Positions 1-10,568 of a stretch of DNA of 64,000 bases are shown one piece after another (the stretch's first letter is position 1; every line of letters begins with the position of its first letter). Under the pieces are notes generated by a model, which saw only the letters and a list, made by a program, of their open reading frames with translations, did no database searches and was not told where the DNA came from. The position numbers were made by a program, and so were the translations under genes. Source of the DNA: Gammaproteobacteria bacterium (GTDB lineage Bacteria; Pseudomonadota; Gammaproteobacteria; UBA4575); contig CBDCUI010000009.1 of the NCBI GenBank assembly GCA_965222615.1, forward strand, positions 480,001 to 544,000. Reading direction: 5' to 3'.

Positions 1-167
1 ATGCCTGTAGAAATTCGTGATACCGCCACACGTGGCATTGCATTTTTTGTGCCACATAATTTGCGTAAACGAATATAATTTGCCTCATACATTTCCATCA
101 AGCCCGCAAAACTATTAGGCAATGGTGGCGCCAATACGCATCTTTTATGATGAAGTGTATCTTTCAT
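1..167 (-). CDS. DUF1249 (YqiB-like) family protein, N-terminal part; runs off the window edge
   Basis: Manual translation from ATG at 167: MKDTLHHKRCVLAPPLPNSFAGLMEMYEANYIRLRKLC..., open to position 1. SFAGLMxxYExNYxRLRxL is recognised as the DUF1249 N-terminal motif. Not in the ORF track. Confidence 0.7.
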   Translation of the reverse strand, partial: MKDTLHHKRCVLAPPLPNSFAGLMEMYEANYIRLRKLCGTKNAMPRVAVSRISTG

Positions 168-294
168 TGTCTATATATTCATAAACACTTTTCAATTCGT
201 AAATACTTCTATTATTTAACTAGTGATACTACCGATATAAATTTATTGTTTTGAAGTCTCTCACAAACTTTTACATCTGTGAAATTGGTTTTAC

Positions 295-759
295 TTATCG
301 CAAAGTATTAATAGACCGAAGGTATAATCGCAGTGTATAGAATTGTTCTTGACTAAGCGTATCTTTTGCTATAATAGTTTTATATTTACAAGAATTTGCA
401 CAAAATAAAATTGTTGCAAAATAATTCAAAAACCAGCCTGCATTGTCTATGCGGGCTTTATGTGTTGTTCCATCTTTAACTTCAATTTCGCATGTCTTTA
501 ACGCATTCATTGTTGCTGTAATTTTTATAATAGATTTTTTATTATGAAAAAAAACATACTGTCTTATCATGATTATTGCGCTAACCAATACTAAAATAAC
601 CATGATTATTTTTATTGGAAATGTGATCGCAATAAGCAAAATACTTACAATTGCTAACACGTGCAAAAATATAAAACAAACAAGCAAAGCCCGAGACGGC
701 TTTAAAACAAGGTTGATATTAGGAGTAAATTCGTTCAACCACTTGATTAATATTTTCAT
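295..759 (-). CDS. ygfX: YgfX-family inner membrane protein
   Basis: Two N-terminal hydrophobic helices after LKPSR; C-terminal D(T)LSQEQFYTLRLYLR; overlaps the end of sdhE as in sdhE-ygfX operons. Start uncertain (738 TTG, 759 ATG or 780 TTG). Confidence 0.7.
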   Translation of the reverse strand: MKILIKWLNEFTPNINLVLKPSRALLVCFIFLHVLAIVSILLIAITFPIKIIMVILVLVSAIIMIRQYVFFHNKKSIIKITATMNALKTCEIEVKDGTTHKARIDNAGWFLNYFATILFCANSCKYKTIIAKDTLSQEQFYTLRLYLRSINTLR

Positions 760-949
760 CAGTAGATTTTTGTCTACCAACGAGAAGATCGTAAAGCTCT
801 GGGTCTTGCATATCTAACATGCTTTCAAATGCATGCTGTAATGCGGGAGTTGAGTCTAAATAATATTCATCTAAAAACTTCTGCATCAAAACATCAAGCT
901 CTTTTGTGCCACGACGGCAGCGCCAAGCGAGTTTATTCAGGTTCTCCAC
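719..949 (-). CDS. sdhE: FAD assembly factor SdhE
   Basis: LAWRCRRGTKELD motif (RGxxE), 76 aa, directly downstream of sdhB; GTG start. Confidence 0.95.
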   Translation of the reverse strand: MENLNKLAWRCRRGTKELDVLMQKFLDEYYLDSTPALQHAFESMLDMQDPELYDLLVGRQKSTDENINQVVERIYS

Positions 950-968
950 AAACCTATAATCCTCTTAA

Positions 969-1751
969 TTAATTTCTGCGTTTAGCTATTAGCTTTTTAA
1001 TTTCTGCTATTGCTTTCGCAGGATTTAAACTCTTGGGGCAGGTGTTAGTACAATTCATGATGGTATGACATCGGTATAGTTTAAATGGGTCTTCTAATTC
1101 ATCTAAACGTTCCCCAGTCGCTTCGTCACGACTATCGGCAATCCAACGATAGGCTTGTAATAATGCTGCTGGACCTAAATACCGATCACTATTCCACCAA
1201 TAACTTGGGCAACTTGTGGAACAGCAGGCACAAAGAATGCATTCCTCTAAACCTTCTAGCTTTTCGCGATCTTCTTTTGACTGTAAACGCTCTCGATCTG
1301 GTGGTGGAGGGCTCTCAGATTGCATCCATGGTTTAACTGATGCGTACTGCGCATAAAAATTAGTAAGATCAGGCACTAAGTCTTTTACAACGGACATGTG
1401 TGGTAATGGATAAATTTTTAAATCACCCTTGAAATCACTAATTGCTTTTGTACAAGCTAATGTATTGGAACCATTAATGTTCATGGAGCATGAACCACAA
1501 ATCCCTTCTCTACATGAACGACGGAAAGTTAAGGTCGGATCGATTTCATTTTTAATTTTAATCAATACATCCAGCACCATTGGACCACAATTATTTAAAT
1601 CCACTTCGTAAGTGTCAATACGAGGATTCTCGTCGCTATCCGGATCATAGCGATACACAATAATTTTCTTCATATTGCTACTACTAGTGGAATCTTTATA
1701 AGATTTACCAGGTTTAACAACTGAATTAGCTGGAAGTGTAAATTGCGCCAT
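969..1751 (-). CDS. sdhB: Succinate dehydrogenase iron-sulfur subunit
   Basis: [24 protein letters not shown] and [12 protein letters not shown] Fe-S motifs. Confidence 0.98.
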   Translation of the reverse strand: MAQFTLPANSVVKPGKSYKDSTSSSNMKKIIVYRYDPDSDENPRIDTYEVDLNNCGPMVLDVLIKIKNEIDPTLTFRRSCREGICGSCSMNINGSNTLACTKAISDFKGDLKIYPLPHMSVVKDLVPDLTNFYAQYASVKPWMQSESPPPPDRERLQSKEDREKLEGLEECILCACCSTSCPSYWWNSDRYLGPAALLQAYRWIADSRDEATGERLDELEDPFKLYRCHTIMNCTNTCPKSLNPAKAIAEIKKLIAKRRN

Positions 1752-1788
1752 ACCTTTGACTCTTTATTTAACTATTTACATTGAAGAC

Positions 1789-1911
1789 AAAGGAGCATTG
1801 ATTACATGCGAGATTAGGCAAAAGATTTTGAAAAAACGGAGTGTATATGAACATACATGAGTATTTTGAAAAATCTTTTAACGACATATCGTGTACAATC
1901 AATGTTCCTTT
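1789..1911. repeat. Nested palindromic intergenic element, copy 1 (RPE-like)
   Basis: Outer arms AAAGGAGCATTGATT (1789-1803) / AATCAATGTTCCTTT (1897-1911); TAGG and AACGAC internal loop; inner arms AAAAGATTTT / AAAATCTTTT; core CGGAGTGTATATGAACATACATGAGT shared with 25419-25547. Confidence 0.85.
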
Positions 1912-1914
1912 AAT

Positions 1915-3705
1915 TTAATAAACTCGGGCTTTAGGTGGAATAACCTCTACATCATCCGATTGTGTGTACATATGTACAGGCCGGTAATCGATCGTTACCT
2001 CGCCATTTTCACTTACAGAAACTAAAGAATGTTTCATCCAATTTTCGTCATCACGATCCGGATAATCATCTCTAGCTTGCGCTCCACGACTTTCCTTGCG
2101 GTTCAATGCAGACTGTGCAGTAGCTAAAGCTTGTGGCATTAAATTAGTCAATTCTATAGTTTCAACCAAATCAGTATTCCAAATCATGGAGCGATCTGTC
2201 ACTTTTAAATCAGCCATTTGATCATTTAAAGCTCGAAGCTTTTCTAAACCTTTTTCAATGGACTCACCTGTTCGAAATACTGCTGCATGATTCTGCATGG
2301 TTTTTTGCATTTCCAAACGTAACTCTGCAGTTGAAATACTGCCATTGGCATGACGTAATTTATCAAATCGCTCCAACGCCTGATCTACAGCATCATTTTT
2401 TAATTCACTATGTGATTGCTTGGGCTTAACGATTTCTGCAGCACGCAGTGCAGCGGCCCTGCCGAATACAATTAAATCTAGTAACGAATTGGACCCAAGA
2501 CGGTTTGCACCATGTACTGAGACACAAGCCGCTTCCCCAATCGCCATTAAACCTGGAATAACGGTATCGGGATCACCATCTTTTAAGGTCACCACCTCTC
2601 CATGATAATTAGTAGGAATACCACCCATGTTGTAATGCACAGTTGGAATGACAGGGATGGGTTCTTTAGTAACGTCTACGCCGGCAAATATTTTTGCCGA
2701 CTCTGCAATCCCAGGAAGTTTTTCATTGATCAGATCTGCACCTAAATGTTCTAGGTGTAAATGAATATGGTCTTTTTCTTCACCAATACCACGGCCTTCA
2801 TTGATCTCAACCGTCATCGAGCGGCTCACCACATCACGTGAAGCAAGGTCTTTGGCATTTGGTGCGTAACGCTCCATAAAGCGTTCACCTTCCGAGTTTG
2901 TTAAGTAACCACCTTCTCCACGCACTCCTTCAGTAATCAAACAACCAGCACCATATATTCCAGTGGGATGAAACTGCACGAATTCCATATCTTGTAATGG
3001 CAATCCTGCGCGTAACACCATTGCATTACCGTCGCCTGTACAGGTATGTGCCGATGTGCATGAAAAATATGTACGGCCGTAACCTCCAGTTGCAAGCAAA
3101 ACCATATGCGCACGATAAATATGTAGTTCCCCTGTGGCTAAATCCCAAGCCATAACACCCTTACAGGTGCCGTCATCATCCATTAGCAAATCCGTTGCAA
3201 AATATTCGATGAAAAATTCTGCATTATGTTTTAAAGACTGTTGGTAAAGCGTATGTAGAATTGCATGCCCGGTACGATCGGCTGCAGCACAGGTGCGCTG
3301 GGCGATACCTTCGCCATAATGTGTAGTCATACCACCAAATGGTCGCTGATAGATGCGACCTTCTTCAGTACGCGAAAAAGGAACACCATAATGTTCTAAC
3401 TCGACCACTGCAGGAATTGCTTCACGGCACATATACTCAATCGCATCCTGATCACCAAGCCAGTCTGATCCTTTAACCGTGTCGTACATATGCCAACGCC
3501 AATCATCTTCACCCATATTTCCTAACGCAGCGCTCATGCCGCCCTGCGCGGCAACAGTATGACTACGTGTTGGAAAAACTTTTGTAATACATGCAGTGGA
3601 AAGCCCACTTACAGCCATGCCTAAGGTCGCACGTAAACCAGCACCTCCGGCTCCTACAACAACCACATCATAGGCATGCTCAATCGGTGTATATGCTTTA
3701 CTCAT
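1915..3705 (-). CDS. sdhA: Succinate dehydrogenase flavoprotein subunit
   Basis: GAGGAG FAD-binding motif, [10 protein letters not shown] covalent-FAD His, [22 protein letters not shown]. Confidence 0.98.
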   Translation of the reverse strand: MSKAYTPIEHAYDVVVVGAGGAGLRATLGMAVSGLSTACITKVFPTRSHTVAAQGGMSAALGNMGEDDWRWHMYDTVKGSDWLGDQDAIEYMCREAIPAVVELEHYGVPFSRTEEGRIYQRPFGGMTTHYGEGIAQRTCAAADRTGHAILHTLYQQSLKHNAEFFIEYFATDLLMDDDGTCKGVMAWDLATGELHIYRAHMVLLATGGYGRTYFSCTSAHTCTGDGNAMVLRAGLPLQDMEFVQFHPTGIYGAGCLITEGVRGEGGYLTNSEGERFMERYAPNAKDLASRDVVSRSMTVEINEGRGIGEEKDHIHLHLEHLGADLINEKLPGIAESAKIFAGVDVTKEPIPVIPTVHYNMGGIPTNYHGEVVTLKDGDPDTVIPGLMAIGEAACVSVHGANRLGSNSLLDLIVFGRAAALRAAEIVKPKQSHSELKNDAVDQALERFDKLRHANGSISTAELRLEMQKTMQNHAAVFRTGESIEKGLEKLRALNDQMADLKVTDRSMIWNTDLVETIELTNLMPQALATAQSALNRKESRGAQARDDYPDRDDENWMKHSLVSVSENGEVTIDYRPVHMYTQSDDVEVIPPKARVY

Positions 3706-3720
3706 AATTGTATTAGTGTT

Positions 3721-4092
3721 TTATAAAAAGATTTTCAGCAGTGCAACGATTCCGGTTACAGCTAAAAGAATGCAGAGAAAATTTATTAACACTAGTGTTG
3801 CTACTTTCAGCCAACCACCTACATAGTCTTCTACAATGACTTGTAGACCCAGTTGCGTGTGATAAAACGTAGCTGCAATGAATAATATTAATAAAACTAC
3901 AGTAACAGGAGACTGCAACCACTCTATTACGATTGTATAATTTGCTGAACCTAACATTGCAACTGAAAACACTAACCATATGGACAGCGGTACCAAGGCA
4001 ACTGCAGTTAGCCTCTGTAACCACCAATGACTCGCACCTTCCTTGGCTGAACCCAATCCTTTTGCTTCCGATAGCGGTGTTCGTAAAGACAT
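3721..4092 (-). CDS. sdhD: Succinate dehydrogenase hydrophobic membrane anchor
   Basis: GLGSAKEGASHWWLQRLTA and HTQLGLQVIVEDY motifs; lies between sdhC and sdhA. Confidence 0.96.
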   Translation of the reverse strand: MSLRTPLSEAKGLGSAKEGASHWWLQRLTAVALVPLSIWLVFSVAMLGSANYTIVIEWLQSPVTVVLLILFIAATFYHTQLGLQVIVEDYVGGWLKVATLVLINFLCILLAVTGIVALLKIFL

Positions 4093-4101
4093 TCTTATCC
4101 C

Positions 4102-4494
4102 TTATACGTTAGAAGTTAGAAACGCAACAGCCCAAACTACAATAGTTATGACCACAGTTGCTAACAACACTAAAATTCCAGAATTTTTTGTAGTACTCTT
4201 TTCAAATCCATAACCTGCATCCCAAACCAAATGCCGAATGCCATTAAAAAGATGCAAAAAAAGTGCAATGGCCCATAAAAATAAAAATGCCTTACCAATT
4301 GTACTGGCAAGCAACGTGCGAACGGTTTCATAAGATTCTTGTCCTAATGCCAGAGCAACAAGAATAACAACCATCAAAACGGCACCAACCGCAAGCGCAA
4401 CACCCGTTATGCGGTGAAGAATTGAAATCGCCATAGCTAATGGCCATTTATAAACTTGCAAATGTGGTGATAATGGCCGAGACAAATTCGCCAT
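4102..4494 (-). CDS. sdhC: Succinate dehydrogenase cytochrome b556 subunit
   Basis: RPLSPHLQVY, SILHRITG, HLFNGIRHLVWD; ATG at 4494 preceded by GAGGAG. Confidence 0.96.
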   Translation of the reverse strand: MANLSRPLSPHLQVYKWPLAMAISILHRITGVALAVGAVLMVVILVALALGQESYETVRTLLASTIGKAFLFLWAIALFLHLFNGIRHLVWDAGYGFEKSTTKNSGILVLLATVVITIVVWAVAFLTSNV

Positions 4495-4741
4495 GTAACT
4501 CCTCATGAAGATGTACGTAGTCCGCCTCTTTGAGTATTTCCATTATTTCGAGGCGTTAAATGTTTTATTGTGCAACGAATACTAACCGATTGACCAGATA
4601 TATTGAACATATCTCTAAAGAAATGTGAGAAATTACAAGCGCTTAAGGAAATTTAATGTGCAGTTTTGTGTTAAATTGACGCTTAACCTTGAATTTTTAG
4701 TGCAATTAATAGAGGTTTGAACAAATTTTAATCAAACGACT

Positions 4742-5788
4742 ATGAATAGAGATTGGAACAAATTTTTGGCAGATCAAGGTGTCATCACCAAAGATGATCG
4801 AGTAGTCTCCATGGGTCATGCCGAACTTACATCTTGTGACTTGGAGAGCACTTGTCTTTGTGATCTTTCCGCACTGGGGGTGATACGTGCAAGTGGAGAA
4901 GATGCTCAAAGCTTTTTACATGGTCAATTTACCAATGACTTGAGTCTGGTCTCTCCTTCAATCAGTCAACTTAGCAGCTACTGCAATCCTAAAGGCAGAA
5001 TGTTATCCATATTTCGTATTTTTATGCGTGGGGATAACTATCACATGCTTTTACATCGTGATGTATTAGAGGCCACTCTAAAAAAACTTGTCATGTTTAA
5101 ACTTATGGCAAAAGTAGACTTAGAAGATATTTCAAATGATCTTGTAGTGATTGGCATTGCTGGTCCTAGCGCTGATTCGCTGTTAGCTGACACACAAATT
5201 TCAGTTCCTACTGAACTTAATCATTGTATTCAAGCAGAGGCTACTACAATTATTCGAATACCGAGTAAAAGCTCGAGAATATTGTTTATAACAAATGTTG
5301 ATCAAGCTATTTCTATTTGGAACCAGCTTTCTAGTAAGTGCCCAATCGCAAATAATAAACTCTGGGATTTACACGATATTGAAAGTGGCATTCCGCAAAT
5401 CACCACAAATACAATTGAAACATTTATCCCACAAATGACTAATTTAGAACTTATCGATGGCGTAAGTTTTAATAAAGGCTGTTATCCTGGACAAGAAATA
5501 GTTGCTCGAACTCATTATCTTGGTAAACCCAATCGACGTATGTTTAGAATTAATGTGTCTGATGAAAATGCTCCTGAACCTGGTGTTAACATCTATTCAC
5601 CAAAAAATGAAACCCAACCTGTAGGAAAAATAGTTACCGCACAAAAACTATCTGAAGGAATGTCTTCCGCATTGGTAGTAATGCGTACTGAAAACGCACA
5701 TGACAATGACTTACATGTGGCCTCAACAACTGGGCCAAGTATTTCAATACAGAGCCTACCCTATTCACTTGATACAAAATCTAATTAA
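4742..5788 (+). CDS. ygfZ: Folate-binding Fe-S cluster repair / tRNA-modification protein YgfZ
   Basis: Signature KGCYPGQEIVAR; GcvT-like N-terminus GEDAQSFLHGQFTND. Confidence 0.95.
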   Translation: MNRDWNKFLADQGVITKDDRVVSMGHAELTSCDLESTCLCDLSALGVIRASGEDAQSFLHGQFTNDLSLVSPSISQLSSYCNPKGRMLSIFRIFMRGDNYHMLLHRDVLEATLKKLVMFKLMAKVDLEDISNDLVVIGIAGPSADSLLADTQISVPTELNHCIQAEATTIIRIPSKSSRILFITNVDQAISIWNQLSSKCPIANNKLWDLHDIESGIPQITTNTIETFIPQMTNLELIDGVSFNKGCYPGQEIVARTHYLGKPNRRMFRINVSDENAPEPGVNIYSPKNETQPVGKIVTAQKLSEGMSSALVVMRTENAHDNDLHVASTTGPSISIQSLPYSLDTKSN

Positions 5789-5896
5789 ATGGTCAGATAC
5801 GGTGGAATAGCAATTGAGCATTATTTAAGAACTTTACATGACTTAATATTCTGACAACTAAAATCAACAACTGCTTAATAAAATAACGATAATTTT

Positions 5897-7156
5897 ATGC
5901 ATTTTAATTCTGTAACCTGTCCTCATTGCGGTTTGCTTTGTGATGATCTAAGTGTAGATGTCGATGAGCTTTCTATTCGTCTACTTGATAATGTTCCACC
6001 GTTATGTGCACAAGCCTTCCAAGATGCTTCATTTGAGAACACTGCTATTCCTTCACCTACAATAAATGGAACCAACACTACTTCTGAAAATGCATTACTT
6101 GCGGCAGTAGAGATACTACAGAAATCAAAACAAGCCCTTGTCAGTGGCTTGATAGGTGATGTACAAACTTGTAGAGAAGCAATTGCCTTAACTGAAAAAT
6201 TAGGTGGAGTTATCGATCATGCAAATGGCTCTAAAATGCGTGCAAGCAGTGCGATCATGCAGCGTTTTGGAGAAGTGAAGACAACATTGGCCGAAGTGCG
6301 AAATCGTGCAGATTGTGTTGTCATCATTGGGTCTAACGTGTTAGAAAACTTTCCACGCCTTTACGAGCGCATACTATCTCCTGAGAAATCCTTAGGGACA
6401 GATACGACAACAAATAAAAAAATCTTTGTGCTAGATACACTAAAAAACTATGAACCCAAGCAAAATAAATATAAAGAAATCAGTTACCTTAACCTTGATG
6501 TTCTATCTTTAGAAGAGTGTGTGTACTTATTGGCAGGAGTAGTGAACTCAAAAACTAAAGTTGTTAACGAAACCAATCAAGTTGCTCAAGAACTTCAAAA
6601 GCTTTATCAATTTATTTGCAAAAGTCAATACACTAGCTTGATTTGGAGCACAGCAGAGTTTCAAATCAAAACAGTTGAACAAACTATACAAGCAATCACT
6701 CAATTGATTAAAAAACTTATGTTAACTAAGCGTGTTGTTGGATTGTCTTTAAGTGGATCAAATGCGGAAATTACTGCTAACCAAGTAACTACCTGGCAAA
6801 CAGGCGTGCCACTACCAATCGCATTTATGAACGGTTCTCCTACCCATGATCCAAACTTGTATGACGGCATGAAGATGTTACAAAATCATGAGGCAGATTC
6901 ACTGGTTTGGATTGCAAGCTATAACTCCACCTACACACCACCTAAAACAGATATACCCACGATCGTGATTGGACATCCTAAGATGCAATGCGCATCAAAT
7001 GTAAACGTGTTTATTCCAATCGGAGTTCCCGGAATTGATCACTGCGGGCTCGCTTGTCGCACCGATAGTGTCGCCACTTTACCGCTAAAATCAATCCGCA
7101 CTAGTAATCTAGCTGCCGCGAGTGAAGTCATTAGACAACTTACCCAACTCATTTAA
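5897..7156 (+). CDS. fhcB: Formyltransferase/hydrolase complex subunit B (FwdB/FmdB homologue)
   Basis: TCPHCGLLCDDL N-terminus, TTLAEVRNRAD, WQTGVP, PGIDHxGxxxRTD; first gene of the BADC cluster. Confidence 0.9.
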   Translation: MHFNSVTCPHCGLLCDDLSVDVDELSIRLLDNVPPLCAQAFQDASFENTAIPSPTINGTNTTSENALLAAVEILQKSKQALVSGLIGDVQTCREAIALTEKLGGVIDHANGSKMRASSAIMQRFGEVKTTLAEVRNRADCVVIIGSNVLENFPRLYERILSPEKSLGTDTTTNKKIFVLDTLKNYEPKQNKYKEISYLNLDVLSLEECVYLLAGVVNSKTKVVNETNQVAQELQKLYQFICKSQYTSLIWSTAEFQIKTVEQTIQAITQLIKKLMLTKRVVGLSLSGSNAEITANQVTTWQTGVPLPIAFMNGSPTHDPNLYDGMKMLQNHEADSLVWIASYNSTYTPPKTDIPTIVIGHPKMQCASNVNVFIPIGVPGIDHCGLACRTDSVATLPLKSIRTSNLAAASEVIRQLTQLI

Positions 7157-7162
7157 TTAAAA

Positions 7163-8821
7163 ATGATTACTAAGTTAACAGGAGGCACCTTATACGACCC
7201 AGCTCATAATATTGATGGGCAAGTAAAAGATATCTACATCGTTGATGACAAGATTAGTCAATCAGCACCAAATAATAAAAAAATTGATCAAGAAATTGAT
7301 ATCAGTGATTGCATTATCATGGCTGGAGCGATCGACATGCATACACATATTGGCGGTGGCAAGGTAAACATCGCGCGTACCATGATGTTGGATGACCACG
7401 AAAATAATCCAAGTTGTAAGTCTGATATTTATCGTGCAGGCAGCGGACACATAACACCTTCTACTTTCACAACCGGTTATCGCTATGCAGAAATGGGATA
7501 CACAGCATGCTTTGAGCCAGCTGTATTACCGGTTAATGCCAGGCAAGCGCATATGGAAATGGCTGACACGCCCATGATTGATAAAGGTGGATATGTTTTA
7601 TTAGGCAATGATGACTTTTTACTTAGAATGCTGAATGAAAGTGCCAGTCAAACTGCCATCAATGATTACGTAGCTTGGATATTGGATGCATCACAATGTC
7701 TTGGCATAAAAGTTGTCAATGCTGGTGGTATACATGCTTTTAAATATAATCAACGTCGCCTTGATGTAGATGAAACCAGTCCAAGTGGTGTTAGCCCTAG
7801 ACAAATTTTAACTGTGCTCAGCCAAGCCGTACATGAACTGGGGGTACCTCACCCTCTTCATGTACATTCAAGTAATCTTGGTGTGCCCGGAAATTTTGAA
7901 TCTACGCTTGCAACCATGTCTGCAGCTGACGGTCTGCCCATTCATCTAACCCATATTCAATTTCATAGTTATGGTATGGAAGGCGACCGAAAGTTCTCTT
8001 CTGCTGCTTGCGAAATTGCCGAAGCTATCAACAAACAAACCAATGTATCCGCTGATGTAGGTCAAATTATGTTTGGCCAAACTATCACGGCCTCGGGTGA
8101 TACTATGATGCAATATTTTGGACATGATCATGCTCATCCAAGAAAGTGGACAGTTATGGATATTGAGTGCGAGGCAGGTTGTGGTGTTATACCTTTTAAG
8201 TATAGTGATAAAAGTTTTGTCAATGCGTTGCAATGGGCAATTGGCCTTGAAATCTTTTTACAGGTAAATGACCCGTGGCGTATCTTTTTAACTACGGACC
8301 ATCCAAATGGCGCACCATTTACAAGTTATCCACATTTAATAAAGTTGTTGATGGATCGCTCTTTTAGAAATGATGTTTTCAGTATTATTCACCCTGAAGC
8401 GCAAAAGATGTCTAACTTGGCAACGATGCAACGCGAATATACATTATATGAAATCGCCATTATGACCCGTGCTGCGCCTGCAAAAATTTTGGGTTTGAAT
8501 GATCATGGACATTTAGGTGACAATGCCAAAGCAAATATTGCTATCTATCGAAAACAAAACGATATCGAACAAATGTTTGCCAACCCTATCATGGTATTTA
8601 AAAATGGAATACAGATCGTAAGAGATGGGGCAATAATAGAAACCGTACAAGGAATTACACATGTGGTAAAACCAGAATTTGACCACTCAATTGAAAAACC
8701 ATTAAAAAAATATTTTGATGATTTTCAAACAATCGCATTCGATAATTTTAAAATTTCTAATGATGAAATGTCAGAATGTATTGGTAGTGAACTTCAGATT
8801 CACCCTTGCAAATTAAACTAA
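7163..8821 (+). CDS. fhcA: Formyltransferase/hydrolase complex subunit A (amidohydrolase)
   Basis: IDMHTHIGGG, KVVNAGG, HPLHVH, HLTHIQF, TTDHPNG motifs of FwdA/FhcA. Confidence 0.96.
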   Translation: MITKLTGGTLYDPAHNIDGQVKDIYIVDDKISQSAPNNKKIDQEIDISDCIIMAGAIDMHTHIGGGKVNIARTMMLDDHENNPSCKSDIYRAGSGHITPSTFTTGYRYAEMGYTACFEPAVLPVNARQAHMEMADTPMIDKGGYVLLGNDDFLLRMLNESASQTAINDYVAWILDASQCLGIKVVNAGGIHAFKYNQRRLDVDETSPSGVSPRQILTVLSQAVHELGVPHPLHVHSSNLGVPGNFESTLATMSAADGLPIHLTHIQFHSYGMEGDRKFSSAACEIAEAINKQTNVSADVGQIMFGQTITASGDTMMQYFGHDHAHPRKWTVMDIECEAGCGVIPFKYSDKSFVNALQWAIGLEIFLQVNDPWRIFLTTDHPNGAPFTSYPHLIKLLMDRSFRNDVFSIIHPEAQKMSNLATMQREYTLYEIAIMTRAAPAKILGLNDHGHLGDNAKANIAIYRKQNDIEQMFANPIMVFKNGIQIVRDGAIIETVQGITHVVKPEFDHSIEKPLKKYFDDFQTIAFDNFKISNDEMSECIGSELQIHPCKLN

Positions 8822-8833
8822 CTCTAAATACAC

Positions 8834-9751
8834 ATGATTATTAATGGCGTTTTAATTGATGATACATTTGCTGAAGCATTTTCGATGCGTGCAACACGTA
8901 TCATTATTACCGCGATAAACTATAAATGGGCACGCCATGCCGCTGAGACCATGACAGGTTTTGCGACTTCTGTTATTGGTTGTGGAGTTGAAGCAGGAAT
9001 TGAAAAAGTAATTGGTAATCACGAAACTCCAGATGGAAGACCAGGCATTTCTGTTTTGGTCTTTGCCACGGATCGCAAAACACTAGAAAAGCAATTACAA
9101 GTACGTGTAGGACAATGTGTACTCACCTGCCCCACTACAGCTGTATTTGCCGGTATGGATGGAGAAGATCAAATATCTCTGGGCAAAAATTTGCGTTATT
9201 TTGGTGATGGTTATCAATCCTCTAAAATGATTGGCAGCAAGCGCTTTTGGCGTATACCTGTGATGGATGGTGAATTTTTATGTCAAGAATCAACTGGTTA
9301 TCAAAAAGCCATTGGTGGTGGAAATTTATTAGTACTGGCACGTCATATTTCACAGGCGTTACTTGCGTGTGAAGCTGCAATCGATGCCATAAGTGTTTTA
9401 CCAAACATTGTCTTACCGTTTCCAGGTGGTGGGGTGAGATCAGGCTCTAAGGTTGGTTCGAAATACAAAGAATTAAATGCCTCAACTAATCATCCGTTTT
9501 GCCCAACTTTAAAAGGTGAACCTGATAATGTACTTGATAAAAGCATTGAAGCCGCAATGGAGATTGTAATCGATGGCTTGACTAAAGAAGACGTAACTTT
9601 AGCCATGCACCGTGGTATCGAAGCCATTTGTGATTTAGGTAAAGCACAAGGCATTGAAAAAATTACCGGCGGTAATTATGGCGGCAAACTGGGACAACAT
9701 CACTTTCATTTACGAGAAATAATGAATGAGTCATACAACCGTTACTTATAA
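8834..9751 (+). CDS. fhcD: Formylmethanofuran:H4MPT formyltransferase (Ftr)
   Basis: IDDTFAEAF, TGFATSVIGCGVEAG, TPDGRPG, RVGQCVLTCPT, RSGSKVGSKY, GNYGGKLG. Confidence 0.97.
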   Translation: MIINGVLIDDTFAEAFSMRATRIIITAINYKWARHAAETMTGFATSVIGCGVEAGIEKVIGNHETPDGRPGISVLVFATDRKTLEKQLQVRVGQCVLTCPTTAVFAGMDGEDQISLGKNLRYFGDGYQSSKMIGSKRFWRIPVMDGEFLCQESTGYQKAIGGGNLLVLARHISQALLACEAAIDAISVLPNIVLPFPGGGVRSGSKVGSKYKELNASTNHPFCPTLKGEPDNVLDKSIEAAMEIVIDGLTKEDVTLAMHRGIEAICDLGKAQGIEKITGGNYGGKLGQHHFHLREIMNESYNRYL

Positions 9752-10550
9752 AGGATCTGTTTCACAGCGTCTAGATATGCGCTGGTTGAGTGATTTAATT
9801 ACACAATCATTAACAAATGATCAAGCTCGTAATCTAGACATTACAGCCGGTAATGAACGAACTAACGTTGGCGAAATTTTTGATATAAGTGGTAACACTT
9901 CAAACAATGAATATGTGTTAGAGAATACTGCTCCAAATATGGACTATGTGGGGCATGCACTTAAAGCAAATACTAAATTATCCGTTAAAGGAGATTGTGG
10001 ACATTATGCAGGTGCGCAATTGGAAGGCGGTAATTTAAAAATAGAGGGTAATGCCCAAAATTTTGTTGGTAGCGGGATGCTGAATGGATTAGTAGAAGTT
10101 ACTGGTAATTGTGGTGATTACGTGGGTAGTGCTTCAAAAGGTGAAAATAAAGGTATGTCTGGCGGTATTATTCTTGTACATGGTAGTACTGGCGACTTTA
10201 CTGGAGATTTATTACGTCGCGGCACGATTATGGTCGTTGGTGATATTGGTGATCATTGTGCCAGCCGCATGATTGCCGGCACTATCACCAACTTAGGTAC
10301 AATTGGTAAACGAGTTGGCGTAGGCATGAAACGTGGAACCTTGTTGTTTCCTCACAAACCCGATGATATGGCTGCAGGCTTTCATGATTGCGGTCGCCAC
10401 AGTCTTGGTTATTTGACCCTACTGTTACACGAGTTACGTCGCCATAAAAGTAAATTCCAAATGCTGCACCCAATGCGAAGACGTGTACAACGATATATGG
10501 GGGATAAATCAGTCGGTGGACAAGGTGAATTACTAGTATGGATTGGATAA
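9726..10550 (+). CDS. fhcC: Formyltransferase/hydrolase complex subunit C (GXGXG beta-helix)
   Basis: Repeated GxxMxGGxIxVxG units; C-terminal GDKSVGGQGELL; overlaps the fhcD stop. Confidence 0.93.
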   Translation: MSHTTVTYKGSVSQRLDMRWLSDLITQSLTNDQARNLDITAGNERTNVGEIFDISGNTSNNEYVLENTAPNMDYVGHALKANTKLSVKGDCGHYAGAQLEGGNLKIEGNAQNFVGSGMLNGLVEVTGNCGDYVGSASKGENKGMSGGIILVHGSTGDFTGDLLRRGTIMVVGDIGDHCASRMIAGTITNLGTIGKRVGVGMKRGTLLFPHKPDDMAAGFHDCGRHSLGYLTLLLHELRRHKSKFQMLHPMRRRVQRYMGDKSVGGQGELLVWIG

Positions 10551-10568
10551 AGCTTAAATATTACAACT

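Noticed and set aside
295-949. sdhE-ygfX as a CptAB toxin-antitoxin system
   Set aside because: SdhE has the RGxxE flavinylation motif and sits in the sdh operon; nothing in the sequence supports toxicity.
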